39,429 bases of DNA from an uncultured bacterium. Lineage in GTDB: Bacteria > Hydrothermota > Tepidihabitantia > CAYHGV01 > CAZWJY01. Position 1 is the first letter of the stretch, and the number at the start of each line of letters is the position of its first letter. The stretch is from positions 1-39,429 of the forward strand of contig CAZWJY010000001.1 of NCBI GenBank assembly GCA_964634335.1, in the 5' to 3' direction. The notes below the pieces were generated by a model, which saw nothing but the letters and a program-made list of their open reading frames with translations, was not told the DNA's origin and made no database searches. The position numbers and the translations under genes were made by a program. Below, piece after piece: positions 1-9,273 of the stretch.

Positions 1-221
1 CTAAGGTTCTCCCCCAAATCCTCTCTTTTTATAAAAAAGATTAATTTAGAGGAAGATTCTGTCGTCACAGCTTTAGATTGTAACTCCTCTTCAGCTCCTT
101 CCTCAATAGAGTCTTCCTTATTCCCTACCCTGAAAGTTGCGAAATTAAAGTTGAAACAAAAGTTGCTATTTTGAAGTTGCAACCACAGGGGTTCTTGGAG
201 CAAGAGTAAACGCTTTGACAT
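1..221 (-). CDS. possible 5' end of a hypothetical gene running off the left edge (uncertain)
   Basis: ATG at 221-219 opens a minus-strand frame that stays open to position 1 (MSKRLLLLQEPLWLQLQNSNFCFNFNFATFRVGNKEDSIEEGAEEELQSKAV...). It is absent from the ORF track because it has no stop inside the window. Its N-terminal part is the translation of a periodic DNA heptamer repeat, so the region may be non-coding. Confidence 0.2.
   Translation of the reverse strand, partial: MSKRLLLLQEPLWLQLQNSNFCFNFNFATFRVGNKEDSIEEGAEEELQSKAVTTESSSKLIFFIKREDLGENL
134..183. repeat. four phased copies of AAGTTGC/A, the last forming the palindrome GTTGCAAC
   Basis: AAGTTGC occurs at 134-140, AAGTTGA at 148-154, AAGTTGC at 160-166 and AAGTTGC at 174-180, a spacing of 14/12/14 nt. 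GTTGCAAC lies at 176-183. Confidence 0.6.
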
Positions 222-259
222 CCAGAATCAGGATGGTCACTATTCTGCAGGTAAAAATT

Positions 260-490
260 CTATCCTATCTCCACGACCTTTCTTGTTGACCTCTCCCCTG
301 AGATGATTCTTATCTCTCCCTTTCTTAACTTGAAATGTTTTGAGAGAAGTGAGATGAGTGCTCTATTTGCCCTCCCTTTTTCCCTTGGTGCAGTAAGATA
401 GACCTTAAGAAATCTTTCTTCTTCTTTTATCTCATTCTTCTTAGCATTAGGAATCACCTTAACCTCTATCCTCTTCATCTTTAATCTCAA
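260..490 (-). CDS. DUF167 / YggU-family small protein
   Basis: The 76-aa ORF has the YggU-like pattern: 'IEVKVIPNAKKNEI', 'LKVYLTAPREKGRANRALISLLSKHF' and 'IISGERSTRKVVEI'. It overlaps the upstream gene by 4 nt. Confidence 0.7.
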   Translation of the reverse strand: MRLKMKRIEVKVIPNAKKNEIKEEERFLKVYLTAPREKGRANRALISLLSKHFKLRKGEIRIISGERSTRKVVEIG

Positions 491-1176
491 GCCTTCCCCT
501 TTCTGTGAACCGTAAATTTAAGGAGCTCCTCCCCTATGAGTAAGGCAGTTTTTGCTACAATTCTTTGAACTCCTCTTCTATCGAATTTTACTTTATAGAT
601 AGGCTCTGTGCTGTCTAAGTTTAAAACACCGATAACTCTTCCCTTGGCTATAATGGGGACACTTAGAATACTTTTTAATAGTTTAGTCATCTCTGTTTGC
701 TTTTTAGAAAGACCCCAATTTTGAGGGCGTCCTATAGTAAGGTCTCCATAAACCATCTTTCCTATCTCCCAAGCTGTTCCCGCGCATCCTACCCCTTTAT
801 CTAAAGCCATATTCAAATCAGGGGCATCTTCCATATTTACAGAATATTCAATATATAGTTTATTACCTCGGGGTAACATTACATTCGCTCTTAAAGGGAT
901 GGTCGGATTATTGATAACTCGCTTAACTTCGGAGAGCAGATTCTCTAAAATCGTAGGTATAACAGCGCGAGGGTCTTTAGAAGGTATATACTTCTTCTCT
1001 CTTTCTCTTCTCTTTTTTCTAATTCTTATAATTATAATAAAAGCAACTGTTAGAGGAACTGCTGGAATTATATAGCCTATTACCCCACTCATTGGAATAC
1101 GAGAGAGGTAGTATGTTCCAATAGCTATAATAATATACCACCAGAATTCCTCTTTTTTCCAGAATTCTTCTCGCAA
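487..1176 (-). CDS. membrane-anchored GAF-domain protein
   Basis: Two N-terminal hydrophobic helices and a basic stop-transfer stretch (RIRKKRREREKK) precede a ~150-aa GAF-like domain ('GVGCAGTAWE', 'GRVIGVLNLDS'). Confidence 0.55.
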   Translation of the reverse strand: MREEFWKKEEFWWYIIIAIGTYYLSRIPMSGVIGYIIPAVPLTVAFIIIIRIRKKRREREKKYIPSKDPRAVIPTILENLLSEVKRVINNPTIPLRANVMLPRGNKLYIEYSVNMEDAPDLNMALDKGVGCAGTAWEIGKMVYGDLTIGRPQNWGLSKKQTEMTKLLKSILSVPIIAKGRVIGVLNLDSTEPIYKVKFDRRGVQRIVAKTALLIGEELLKFTVHRKGKA

Positions 1177-1185
1177 GAAGTAGCC

Positions 1186-1368
1186 TTATTGTGTTAAAAT
1201 CTTTTGAGATTTTCTTTTCTTCTCTTCTAACACAGGGGGATGGAGTGTCAGGAATTTCTGCTTTTGAGATTCTGTAAAACTCGCAAAATCCATATGACCA
1301 TCTGCTACTACGAACATCCCCTTTTTAATCTCCTTGTCTCTATTTTGTCTTCTCTTCCTTCTTTTCAT
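1186..1368 (-). CDS. hypothetical small basic protein
   Basis: The 60-aa ORF has a GGGGG Shine-Dalgarno 5 nt upstream of ATG 1368 and a consensus-like promoter upstream. No family was recognised. Confidence 0.35.
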   Translation of the reverse strand: MKRRKRRQNRDKEIKKGMFVVADGHMDFASFTESQKQKFLTLHPPVLEEKKRKSQKILTQ

Positions 1369-1388
1369 TATACCCCCTTTCTATTTAT

Positions 1389-1416
1389 AGAATAGGATAA
1401 AATTATATTTTGTCAA
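1389..1416 (-). promoter_or_regulatory. sigma70-like promoter TTGACA-N16-TATTCT
   Basis: On the minus strand, TTGACA is at 1416-1411 and TATTCT at 1394-1389 with a 16-nt spacer. About 20 nt, including the SD, separate it from ATG 1368. Confidence 0.4.
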
Positions 1417-1465
1417 GTCTGTTTCCCTCAAAAATAATTTATAATTATATGGGGAGATAGAGCTA

Positions 1466-2260
1466 TCAGGGGATATCCTCTTTATACTCCACCTCCCCCT
1501 TAAAGGTCAATTCTGTATCACCCTCAAGCCATACCTCTCCTAAATCCTGAGAGAATCGGACAATAAGTTCACCCCCTTTGAATTTACATCTGACAGGAGG
1601 GGTAGCCCTTTTTAATAAAAAGGCTATTATAGAGGACGCCACAGCCCCTGTTCCACAGGATGGAGTCTCCCCTTCTACCCCCCTCTCATAGGTGCGGATT
1701 TTTAAAATAGAGGGACCTGCGAGTTCTACAAAGTCTACATTAGTCCCCTCAGGCTGGAACTTAGGATGGAACCTTATCCTTTTGCCTAAATCCAATATAT
1801 CTTCCCCTTTTGAAAAGACCACTGAATGGGGAACAAGAACTTTGATATAGTGAATGGGATAGGCGAACTCCTTAGGTTCTAAATTGAGTCTTATCTCCTG
1901 AGGAGATGGGAGGGATATGCTTACCTTATCTTTTATGAGTGCCCTGTGTATACCTGCCTCAGAGCGGAAGGAGAAACTATTGGGGGTTATATTATTCTTA
2001 TAGGAATAAAAGGCTATACATCTTGCTCCATTCCCACAGAATTCAGCCCTGCTACCATCTTTATTGAAGTATCTCATAAGAAAGGGGAATTCTCTATCCT
2101 TCTCCATTATCAATACCCCATCAGCTCCTATGGAGTCTCTCCTCCTGCATACTAACTTTGCAAAATAGGGGATGTCTATCTTAGAAAGTAGACCTTCTCT
2201 ATTATCAACAATGATGAAATCATTTCCACAACCCGAACACTTTGTAAAAGGAATCTTCAT
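1466..2260 (-). CDS. dapF: diaminopimelate epimerase
   Basis: The protein has 'GCGNDFIIVDN', 'FCGNGARC' and 'SCGTGAVAS', giving the two catalytic Cys motifs. Its length of 264 aa is typical. Confidence 0.9.
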   Translation of the reverse strand: MKIPFTKCSGCGNDFIIVDNREGLLSKIDIPYFAKLVCRRRDSIGADGVLIMEKDREFPFLMRYFNKDGSRAEFCGNGARCIAFYSYKNNITPNSFSFRSEAGIHRALIKDKVSISLPSPQEIRLNLEPKEFAYPIHYIKVLVPHSVVFSKGEDILDLGKRIRFHPKFQPEGTNVDFVELAGPSILKIRTYERGVEGETPSCGTGAVASSIIAFLLKRATPPVRCKFKGGELIVRFSQDLGEVWLEGDTELTFKGEVEYKEDIP

Positions 2261-2802
2261 CTCTTTTTAAAGAATCTTAGGGCATAGCTTAAGGCAGATA
2301 GAAAGATTAACAGAACCACTGCATAGAGGACAGGGGTATAGAATTTCTTTAATCCTAAGGTATAGACAGTGAGGAGAACTGCAAAGGAGAAACCTGTTAT
2401 CTTACCTATGAGATTTGAAGAGGGGATATCCGCAAATCTGTTTATAAAAAATGGACTTCCGAAGACAATGGCTGCATCCCTTCCAATGATGAATAGGACT
2501 ATCCAGAGGGGGAGACCTCTTGTAAAGAAAAGGACAATAGCAACAGTCCCTACAAAGAGTTTGTCTGTTAAAGGGTCTATTATCTTGCCGAGGTTGGACA
2601 CCTGATTCCACTTACGAGCAAGAAAACCATCCAGAACATCTGTCACCCAGGCGAGACCCATTAAGGAGAGGGCTATTATCTCTTTATGGGTTACAAGAAA
2701 TAGGATTACAAAGGGAAGGATAATGAGTCTTGATAGAGATAGGAAATTGGGGAAGGTTACAGGTCTATCAAGAACCAACCCCTTAAACTTACTGAACTCC
2801 AT
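2257..2802 (-). CDS. CDP-alcohol phosphatidyltransferase (PgsA-like)
   Basis: 'DVLDGFLARKWNQVSNLGKIIDPLTDK' matches the signature D-x2-DG-x2-AR-x8-G-x3-D-x3-D. The protein is polytopic. Confidence 0.8.
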   Translation of the reverse strand: MEFSKFKGLVLDRPVTFPNFLSLSRLIILPFVILFLVTHKEIIALSLMGLAWVTDVLDGFLARKWNQVSNLGKIIDPLTDKLFVGTVAIVLFFTRGLPLWIVLFIIGRDAAIVFGSPFFINRFADIPSSNLIGKITGFSFAVLLTVYTLGLKKFYTPVLYAVVLLIFLSALSYALRFFKKR

Positions 2803-4486
2803 CTAATAGCTCCTGGGCATGTTTAAGGGTAGTTGGGGTTATTCTCTCTCCGGAGAGCATCCTTGCAAGTTCCTCTACTCTCTTCTTCTTAGATAGTTTC
2901 TCAAGCTTAGTAAAGGTTCTCCCCCCTTTTGTCTCTTTATAGACCTTGTAATGGACATTAGCATATTTGGCTATCTGGGGAAGGTGAGTGATACAGAGGA
3001 TCTGGCGATATCTCCCTAAGAGAGAGAGCTTCTTACCCACCGCTTCAGCTATCCTTCCACCAATACCTGAGTCTATCTCATCAAAAACCATAATAGGGAT
3101 CTCATCCACCTCTAAAAGCACAGATTTTATGGCAAGCATAATCCTTGAGAGTTCACCACCAGAGGCAACCTTTCTTAAAGGTCTTGGTGGTTCTCCAGGA
3201 TTGGCAGAGAAGAAGAACTCCACCCTATCTATCCCTCTCTCATCTAAGTGGTAGGTCTTCCCATCCTTATGGAATAGACCAGAGGGGTCCTCTTTATGAG
3301 ATATATCCACTAAAAATTCTGAGGCAGGCATCCCAAGGGTCTTCAATACCCCTCCAATCCTCTTCTCAAGTCTCTCCTTTCCCTTCCTCCTCCTCTCTGA
3401 AAGCTCTTCTGCCAGTCTAATGGACTTTTCTATCTCCCCATTCATCTCCTCCTTTAGCTTCTCAATATTCTCCTCATCTATCTGCAGGGATGATAACTCC
3501 TTCTCTATCCTCTCTCTATATGAGAGAATCTCTTCGATTGTATTGCCGTATTTCTTCTTTAAGTTATCCAAAAGATAGAGTCTCTGATTTACCTCTTCCA
3601 GCCTCTCTTGAGAGAATTCAATCCTCTCCTGATAGTCCACCAGATACCTCCAGACATCCTCAGTAATTACTGAGGCATTCCTTAAGGCATCGAGTTGAGA
3701 TTTTAGACCCTTATCGATTTTTGATAGCTCTTCAAGTCTATTTTCAGACTCCTGGAGGAGCTGGAGGGCTGAGTTATCCTTCTCAGATAAGAGCTCCCTT
3801 AATTCTCCTATGAGGAGATATCTCTTCTCTGCTGTTTCTAAAAGTTTCTTCTCGTTTAAGAGTTCTTCCAATTCCCCCAGTTTCAGGTTTGCCTTATCTA
3901 TCTCCTCTATCTGGAATTGGTATAGGTCCCTCTTCTCCTTTCTCCTCTTTACATCCTCTATCAATCTTGAAAAATCCTCTCTTAAGGATAGAAATTTTTT
4001 GTAATGTTTCTTTAATTCATCCCTGAGTGTTTGAAGTCCTAAGAATCTATCCAGGAGTTCAAGGTGGAGGTCTGTATTGAGGAGGGATTGGTGCTGGTGT
4101 TGTCCATGGATATCCACGAGCAGGTCTCCCAACTTCTTTAAAGTATTGAGGCTGACCTGGGAGTCATTTATATAATTCATGCTCTTCCCATTCTTTAGAA
4201 TCCTTCTCCTGACAATAATCTCCTCCTGGGGTTCTATCCCTATCCTCTCCAAGAATTCTTCTATCTTCTTCAGTCTTGTAGAGAATCTTCCCTCAACAGT
4301 AATGGAGGATGTGCCTGCCCTTATAGACTCCTTATCCACCTTCTCTCCCAAGAGGGCACCAAGAGCCCCTATGATTATGGACTTACCTGCCCCTGTCTCA
4401 CCTGTGAGGATGCAGAGTCCGTGGTTGGGGTCTACTCTCAAATCATCAATCAGGGCATAGTTCTTAATATGGAACTCCTTAATCAT
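2789..4486 (-). CDS. recN: DNA repair protein RecN
   Basis: It has an N-terminal Walker A 'GETGAGKS', a long coiled-coil middle region, and a C-terminal 'ASGGELSRIMLA' with 'MVFDEIDSGIGG' (SMC signature and Walker B). Length is 565 aa. Confidence 0.9.
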   Translation of the reverse strand: MIKEFHIKNYALIDDLRVDPNHGLCILTGETGAGKSIIIGALGALLGEKVDKESIRAGTSSITVEGRFSTRLKKIEEFLERIGIEPQEEIIVRRRILKNGKSMNYINDSQVSLNTLKKLGDLLVDIHGQHQHQSLLNTDLHLELLDRFLGLQTLRDELKKHYKKFLSLREDFSRLIEDVKRRKEKRDLYQFQIEEIDKANLKLGELEELLNEKKLLETAEKRYLLIGELRELLSEKDNSALQLLQESENRLEELSKIDKGLKSQLDALRNASVITEDVWRYLVDYQERIEFSQERLEEVNQRLYLLDNLKKKYGNTIEEILSYRERIEKELSSLQIDEENIEKLKEEMNGEIEKSIRLAEELSERRRKGKERLEKRIGGVLKTLGMPASEFLVDISHKEDPSGLFHKDGKTYHLDERGIDRVEFFFSANPGEPPRPLRKVASGGELSRIMLAIKSVLLEVDEIPIMVFDEIDSGIGGRIAEAVGKKLSLLGRYRQILCITHLPQIAKYANVHYKVYKETKGGRTFTKLEKLSKKKRVEELARMLSGERITPTTLKHAQELLDGVQ

Positions 4487-5327
4487 CTCCCCTTGTTCCC
4501 CATTTCAATTTCCTTCTTAGGATAGTATAGAAGGGCTTTTCTTTGGGCATAATCAGCCTCATCTTATATTCAGCCATAGAGAAGGAGATCCTATCCTTAG
4601 GGGAGAGTGGTCTCTGGGATTGACCATCTATGGTCAAAAAGACCTCCGGACTCTTTGCACCCACCTCTATATAGACCTTCATATCCTTAGAGAATACCAG
4701 GGGACGGATGGATAGGGCATGGGGGCAGATAGGGGCCACAATAATCGCTTCCATTATAGGATAGAGGATGGGTCCTCCAGCAGCTAAGGAGTAGGCAGTA
4801 GAACCCGTAGGGGTAGCTACTATAACCCCATCGGCAACGAATTTGCAGACATACTCACTCTCTACATAGAGGGTGAGTTCAATGATTCTCCTGGATGGAC
4901 CCAAGGATACAGTGAAGTCATTTAGGGCAAAGAAAGAGTCCTCACCTATCTCTGCCTTTAAAACCATCCTCTCCTCTTCCTTATAATCGTGTTTAAGAAA
5001 ATCATCTATCGCTTTTATAGCTTCATCAGTAGAGAATCCTGTCAAGAAACCCAGACCACCCAGGTTTATTCCCATTATAGGAATCCCTTTATCTCCTACT
5101 ATACCCGCTGTCTTCAGAAGGGTCCCGTCTCCGCCAAGAGCCAGGATTAACTCTGTTTTAGGGATAGATTCATTAGTAAGGGGAGGAAATTTACCCACCC
5201 TCAGAGAGTCAATAGCTCTCTTCTCTAAAAGGGGGGTTATACCCCTCTTCCTTAATTCCCTCAATAGATTTTCTAAGAATGGTTTTGCATTCGGTTTCTT
5301 CTCATTGATGATTATACCTATCTTCAT
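4479..5327 (-). CDS. nadK: NAD+ kinase
   Basis: The 'LALGGDGTLL' and 'ATPTGSTAYSLAAGGPI' motifs are present. Length is 282 aa. Confidence 0.9.
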   Translation of the reverse strand: MKIGIIINEKKPNAKPFLENLLRELRKRGITPLLEKRAIDSLRVGKFPPLTNESIPKTELILALGGDGTLLKTAGIVGDKGIPIMGINLGGLGFLTGFSTDEAIKAIDDFLKHDYKEEERMVLKAEIGEDSFFALNDFTVSLGPSRRIIELTLYVESEYVCKFVADGVIVATPTGSTAYSLAAGGPILYPIMEAIIVAPICPHALSIRPLVFSKDMKVYIEVGAKSPEVFLTIDGQSQRPLSPKDRISFSMAEYKMRLIMPKEKPFYTILRRKLKWGTRGDD

Positions 5328-6124
5328 CTAAATAGGAGACAGAACCTATATACCCCTCTCAGGTCCTTTTCAAATAAGAGATTCTCAAATTCAAGAGGGA
5401 CAGTCTTCTCTATACCGGCTTTTAGGTCTGGTGATATCTCCAGAGCCAGAACCCCTCCCTTTTTAAGGAGTTTTGGGGCCTTAAGGATTATCCTCTTTAT
5501 GAGGGATAGACCATCCTCTCCACCATCCAAGGCTATCCTTGGTTCATACTTTACAGATAAGGGGAGGGTGCTAATTTCGGATGTCCTTATATAGGGTGGA
5601 TTGGAGATGATTAAATCTGCCTCTATATCAGAGGGGGAGAGGTCTATTAAGATGGGTTCTATCCTTGAGTCTAATCCATATCTTCTAATATTTATCTCAG
5701 CCACTCTTAAGGCATCTTTTGAGATATCGGTAGCAATTATCCTCGCCTCTTTATATAGCCTTGCAAGAGCGATGGCTATATTTCCAGAGCCTGTTCCTAT
5801 ATCAACTATTAGCTTTGGTTTCAGACCTAAAAAGATTATCTTCTCTATAAGCTCCTCTGTTTCAGGTCTGGGGATAAATACCCTTTCATCAATAAAGAGA
5901 GAGAGGTCTCTAAAGGGGGCAGATTTCAGAAGATACTGAAGGGGAAATCCCTTTTCTCTAATACTTACGATTCTCAGAAATTCCTTAAGAAGATGGTCCG
6001 AGGTATCTATAGGTTCGGTATATAGCTCATATCTCTCTTTCCCTAATAAAGAGGAGAGGATAACCTCCAACTCATAAAGGGGGAGTCTCCCTTTTGTAGT
6101 TTCAAGAAGCTCTCTCACCCTCAT
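5324..6124 (-). CDS. prmC: release-factor glutamine N5-methyltransferase
   Basis: It has the SAM-binding '[12 protein letters not shown]' and the catalytic 'NPPY' ('ISNPPYI'). It lies immediately downstream of prfA and overlaps it. Confidence 0.85.
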   Translation of the reverse strand: MRVRELLETTKGRLPLYELEVILSSLLGKERYELYTEPIDTSDHLLKEFLRIVSIREKGFPLQYLLKSAPFRDLSLFIDERVFIPRPETEELIEKIIFLGLKPKLIVDIGTGSGNIAIALARLYKEARIIATDISKDALRVAEINIRRYGLDSRIEPILIDLSPSDIEADLIISNPPYIRTSEISTLPLSVKYEPRIALDGGEDGLSLIKRIILKAPKLLKKGGVLALEISPDLKAGIEKTVPLEFENLLFEKDLRGVYRFCLLFR

Positions 6125-7175
6125 CCCTTTTCAAAAATTCCTCTGCCTCCTTTTCTAAAAGAGAAGAGAGAATGGGTTCTAAGTCTCCATCCAGCACCTC
6201 TTCTAAATTATGGAGGGTGAGACCTATTCTATGGTCAGTGACTCTATTCTGGGGAAAGTTATAGGTTCTTATCTTCTCTGCCCTCTCTCCTGTCCCTATT
6301 TGAGTTTTGCGGGACTCTGCAATCTCTCTCTCTTTCTCTCTCTTTCTTAAATCCAACAGCCTTGACCTGAGTATCCTCATAGCCTTGGCTCTATTCTGGT
6401 GCTGGGAGCGTTCATCCTGACAGCTGACCACTATACCTGTAGGGAGATGAGTAATCCTGACTGCTGAGTCTGTAACATTTACATGCTGACCTCCATGACC
6501 TGATGCCCTGAATACCTCTATTCTTAGTTGAGAAGGGTCTATCTTCACTTCTACAGGGGTAGCTTCAGGCAAGACTGCAACAGTTACGGTGGATGTATGA
6601 ACTCTTCCATAGGCTTCGGTCTTTGGCACCCTCTGGACTCTATGGACCCCTCTTTCAAATCTCAACCATTTATAAGGGGAATCTCCTTGAACAGAGAAGA
6701 TAACCTCTTTAAATCCACCAAGACCTGTAGGTCTGGTAGATAAGACCTCTATCCGCCATCCCTTCTTTGCTATATATTTAGAATACATCCTGAAAAGGTC
6801 GGCAGCGAAGAGGGATGCCTCCTCTCCACCAGCTGCTGCCCTTATCTCTACAATACAGTCCTTTGACCAATCAGGGTTCTGAGGCAAGAGACTCCTCCTC
6901 AATTTCTCCTCGCTCTCCTTCTCTTTCTCTCTTAAGAGTTCAAGCTCCTTCAGAGCGAGTTCTCTAAGTTCTGAATCTTCAAGGAGTTTTTTGGTCTTCT
7001 CAATCTCATCCCTTATCTTATTATACTCTTCTGATACTGCCACAATCTCTGAGAGTCTTGCATACTCCTGCTGGAGTCTATTGAGTCTGGGAAGGTCTCT
7101 AATTACCTCTGGACTGGAGATAAGTCTTTCTAATTCGTAGACTCTCTTCTTGATCTCTTTTATCTTCTCTACCAT
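6102..7175 (-). CDS. prfA: peptide chain release factor 1
   Basis: The GGQ motif 'SGHGGQHVN' is present. The P-x-T type tripeptide ('RVPKTE') identifies RF1 rather than the SPF of RF2. Length is 357 aa. Confidence 0.95.
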   Translation of the reverse strand: MVEKIKEIKKRVYELERLISSPEVIRDLPRLNRLQQEYARLSEIVAVSEEYNKIRDEIEKTKKLLEDSELRELALKELELLREKEKESEEKLRRSLLPQNPDWSKDCIVEIRAAAGGEEASLFAADLFRMYSKYIAKKGWRIEVLSTRPTGLGGFKEVIFSVQGDSPYKWLRFERGVHRVQRVPKTEAYGRVHTSTVTVAVLPEATPVEVKIDPSQLRIEVFRASGHGGQHVNVTDSAVRITHLPTGIVVSCQDERSQHQNRAKAMRILRSRLLDLRKREKEREIAESRKTQIGTGERAEKIRTYNFPQNRVTDHRIGLTLHNLEEVLDGDLEPILSSLLEKEAEEFLKRDEGERAS

Positions 7176-7191
7176 CTCTATTTTAAGGGTT

Positions 7192-7839
7192 CTACCCCTT
7201 CTTTCCGAACTTATCTCGTAGGGCTATATACTCTATATACTCCTCTAAATCAGGGATAGAGTGGACTATGAGTCTATCTCCTTCTATAGATATAAGCCCA
7301 ACGTCCATCAATCTCTTCAGATACTCCTCTACCTTTGGGGCAGATACCCCTGTAATATCTGCAAGGTTATCGTAACTAAAACTCTCTAAGAGTTCTACCC
7401 CCTTCTCTCTTGGGATACCTTCTTCCTTAGCTCTGGCTAAGATATAAGAAATTACTCTGCGCTCATCATTCCGAATCATAAGGTATCTAATCTTCTCATT
7501 GGCTGCTCTTAGGCGTTTGGTAAGGGTATGAATAATATACTCAAACAGAGGATTTTCACCTATTCTGGCACGAAAGGACTCCTTATCAATGACCATAAGA
7601 GAAGTCTCCTCAATGGCTGTGGCTGTAGTAGCCCTTGGGCTTCCATCAATAAGAGCCATCTCCCCAAAGAAGTCACCATCTTTAAGGATGGCAACTATTC
7701 TCTCCTCTTCTTCTGAACCCTTGGAGAGTTTAATCTTCCCTGATCTTATAAGATACATCTCCTCCCCTTTATCTCCTTCTCTGAAAAGGACTTCGCCCCG
7801 TGCCAGTTTCTTCTCATATCTACTCTTCTTATCCCACAT
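7192..7839 (-). CDS. Crp/Fnr-family transcriptional regulator
   Basis: An N-terminal cNMP-binding fold ('[21 protein letters not shown]') is followed by a C-terminal HTH ('[19 protein letters not shown]'). An AGGAGG SD lies upstream. Confidence 0.8.
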   Translation of the reverse strand: MWDKKSRYEKKLARGEVLFREGDKGEEMYLIRSGKIKLSKGSEEEERIVAILKDGDFFGEMALIDGSPRATTATAIEETSLMVIDKESFRARIGENPLFEYIIHTLTKRLRAANEKIRYLMIRNDERRVISYILARAKEEGIPREKGVELLESFSYDNLADITGVSAPKVEEYLKRLMDVGLISIEGDRLIVHSIPDLEEYIEYIALRDKFGKKG

Positions 7840-7855
7840 TAGAGCCTCCTTTCAT

Positions 7856-7883
7856 AGGTTAAAGAATTTTAAGGAATTGTCAA
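7856..7883 (-). promoter_or_regulatory. sigma70-like promoter TTGACA-N16-TAACCT for the crp-prfA operon
   Basis: On the minus strand, TTGACA is at 7883-7878 and TAACCT at 7861-7856. A short leader carrying AGGAGG precedes ATG 7839. Confidence 0.4.
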
Positions 7884-7906
7884 GACCTGAGGGTCTTAAT
7901 AAGTCC

Positions 7907-7934
7907 TTGACTTGAGGCGATTCCCCTCTATATT
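7907..7934 (+). promoter_or_regulatory. sigma70-like promoter TTGACT-N16-TATATT for tRNA-Gln
   Basis: TTGACT is at 7907-7912 and TATATT at 7929-7934. The mature tRNA 5' end lies 9 nt downstream. Confidence 0.5.
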
Positions 7935-7943
7935 TATAAGAGA

Positions 7944-8015
7944 TGGGGGATCGTCTAACTGGCAGGACGACTGACTCTGGATCAGTTAATCGGGGTTCGA
8001 ATCCCTGTCCCCCAG
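7944..8015 (+). tRNA. tRNA-Gln (anticodon CUG)
   Basis: I folded the cloverleaf by hand. The acceptor is TGGGGGA/TCCCCCA (U1-A72) and the D stem GTCT/GGAC. The anticodon stem ACTGA/TCAGT has loop CTCTGGA, and the T arm is CGGGG-TTCGAAT-CCCTG. The discriminator is G and no CCA is encoded. Confidence 0.9.
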
Positions 8016-8037
8016 CTCCGCTGGTGTCCAGAGCCTC

Positions 8038-9273
8038 ATGGTAAATCTATTTCTATCCCTCTCCTTTCTATTTGTATCTGCTGATAGCCTGAATATTAGA
8101 TGTGTGGGTAGATGCACGACCTATACAGTGGATGCTGTAGCAGTAGAGGATACTCTCGTATATTTAGGTTCCAGTGGTAGTATCATTATCTTAAATGTCT
8201 CTAACCCCTCATCAATTCAGGAAATATCAAGAGTGGATACCAAGGGAGAGTCAAGGGAACTCTATCTCTCACCACCTTATCTCTATACTGCAGATGGGGG
8301 TGCAGGCTTAGGTATAATAAATGTATCAAACCCCTATTCTCCAAGAATAATGGGCTATTGTGAGGTCCCTGATGCGGCTCGTGGAGTGGCTCTCTCTGGA
8401 AATTATGCCTATGTGGCAGCCAAGAGTCAGGGCTTAAGGGTGATAGATATATCAAACCCCTCCTCTCCCAAAGAGGTGGGTCATTGTAATACCCCTGGCT
8501 CTGCATATGGAGTAACAGTATCAGGTAATTATGCCTATCTTGTAAACCAGCATGCTGGTTTAAGAGTGATAGATATATCGAACCCTATATCCCCAAAAGA
8601 GGTGGGTTATTATGATACGCCAGGATATGCTTATGGGGTGGTAGTCTCTAAAAATTATGCCTATGTAGCCGATTTTTACGAAGGTCTTAGAATAATAGAT
8701 GTATCAAACCCTTCATCACCCAAGGAAGTAAGTTATTGGGATACACCTGGTTATGCTTATAGAGTCAAGCTCTCTAAGAATTGTGCATATGTGGCTGACG
8801 GACCTAAGGGTTTGAGAATGGTAGGGGTTGGGAAACCAAGAAACCCCGTAGAGATGGGTTATTATGATACAGAAGGTAATGCTAAGGAGCTGGCAATAAC
8901 CGATAGATATATCTATATAGCAGATGAGTACGGAGGGCTCTCTATCCTTGAGTATTATGGTCCAGGAATAGAAGAACCTTCCCACTCTCAGGCTGGTGAT
9001 ATAGAGATTTTGCCTAACCCCTTCAGTCTTAAAACAGTCATCAGTTATCGGTTGCCTCTTCAGAGTGAGGTCTCCTTAAGGATTTATAATGCCTGTGGAG
9101 AACCGGTAAAGGTTTTCACCAAGACCAGGTGCCAAAAGTCCAAGACTTATGTATGGGATGGCAGAGATAATCAGAACAGAAGACTACCCCCCGGGGTCTA
9201 TTTCCTTGAACTGCAGAGTAAGGGTTATAGAATTACCAAGAAGATTATCCTTATAGACGGATTATCTTACTAA
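8038..9273 (+). CDS. secreted LVIVD-repeat beta-propeller protein with T9SS-type C-terminal sorting domain
   Basis: It has a short signal-like N-terminus and six to seven 42-aa repeats of the form 'GLRVIDISNPSSPKEVG..TPG.AYGV.VSGNYAYVA'. The C-terminal ~85 aa ('ILPNPFS...SLRIYNACGEPV...WDGRDNQNRRLPPGVYFLEL...KKIILI') resemble the Por/T9SS (FlgD-Ig-like) sorting domain. Confidence 0.8.
   Translation: MVNLFLSLSFLFVSADSLNIRCVGRCTTYTVDAVAVEDTLVYLGSSGSIIILNVSNPSSIQEISRVDTKGESRELYLSPPYLYTADGGAGLGIINVSNPYSPRIMGYCEVPDAARGVALSGNYAYVAAKSQGLRVIDISNPSSPKEVGHCNTPGSAYGVTVSGNYAYLVNQHAGLRVIDISNPISPKEVGYYDTPGYAYGVVVSKNYAYVADFYEGLRIIDVSNPSSPKEVSYWDTPGYAYRVKLSKNCAYVADGPKGLRMVGVGKPRNPVEMGYYDTEGNAKELAITDRYIYIADEYGGLSILEYYGPGIEEPSHSQAGDIEILPNPFSLKTVISYRLPLQSEVSLRIYNACGEPVKVFTKTRCQKSKTYVWDGRDNQNRRLPPGVYFLELQSKGYRITKKIILIDGLSY
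8173..8958 (+). repeat. tandem 126-nt (42-aa) intragenic repeats
   Basis: Repeat units begin at protein residues ~46, 90, 132, 174, 216, 258 and 300. The units starting at nt 8431 and 8557 share 21 of their first 24 nt and an identical 'aaagaggtgggt' block. Confidence 0.8.

Noticed and set aside
215-246. A plus-strand TTGACA (215-220) and TATTCT (241-246) pair pointing into the antisense of the DUF167 gene.
   Set aside because: The spacer is 20 nt, against the 16-17 nt seen at all other sites. No plus-strand gene follows it.
6102-7175. A programmed +1 frameshift of the kind found in release-factor genes.
   Set aside because: The gene is RF1 (P-x-T motif), not RF2. The frame is uninterrupted from ATG to stop.
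8201-8985. Minus-strand ORFs (8201-8506 and 8716-8985) inside the LVIVD gene.
   Set aside because: They are antisense shadows of a highly repetitive coding region. The plus-strand frame carries the conserved 42-aa repeat and the sorting domain.
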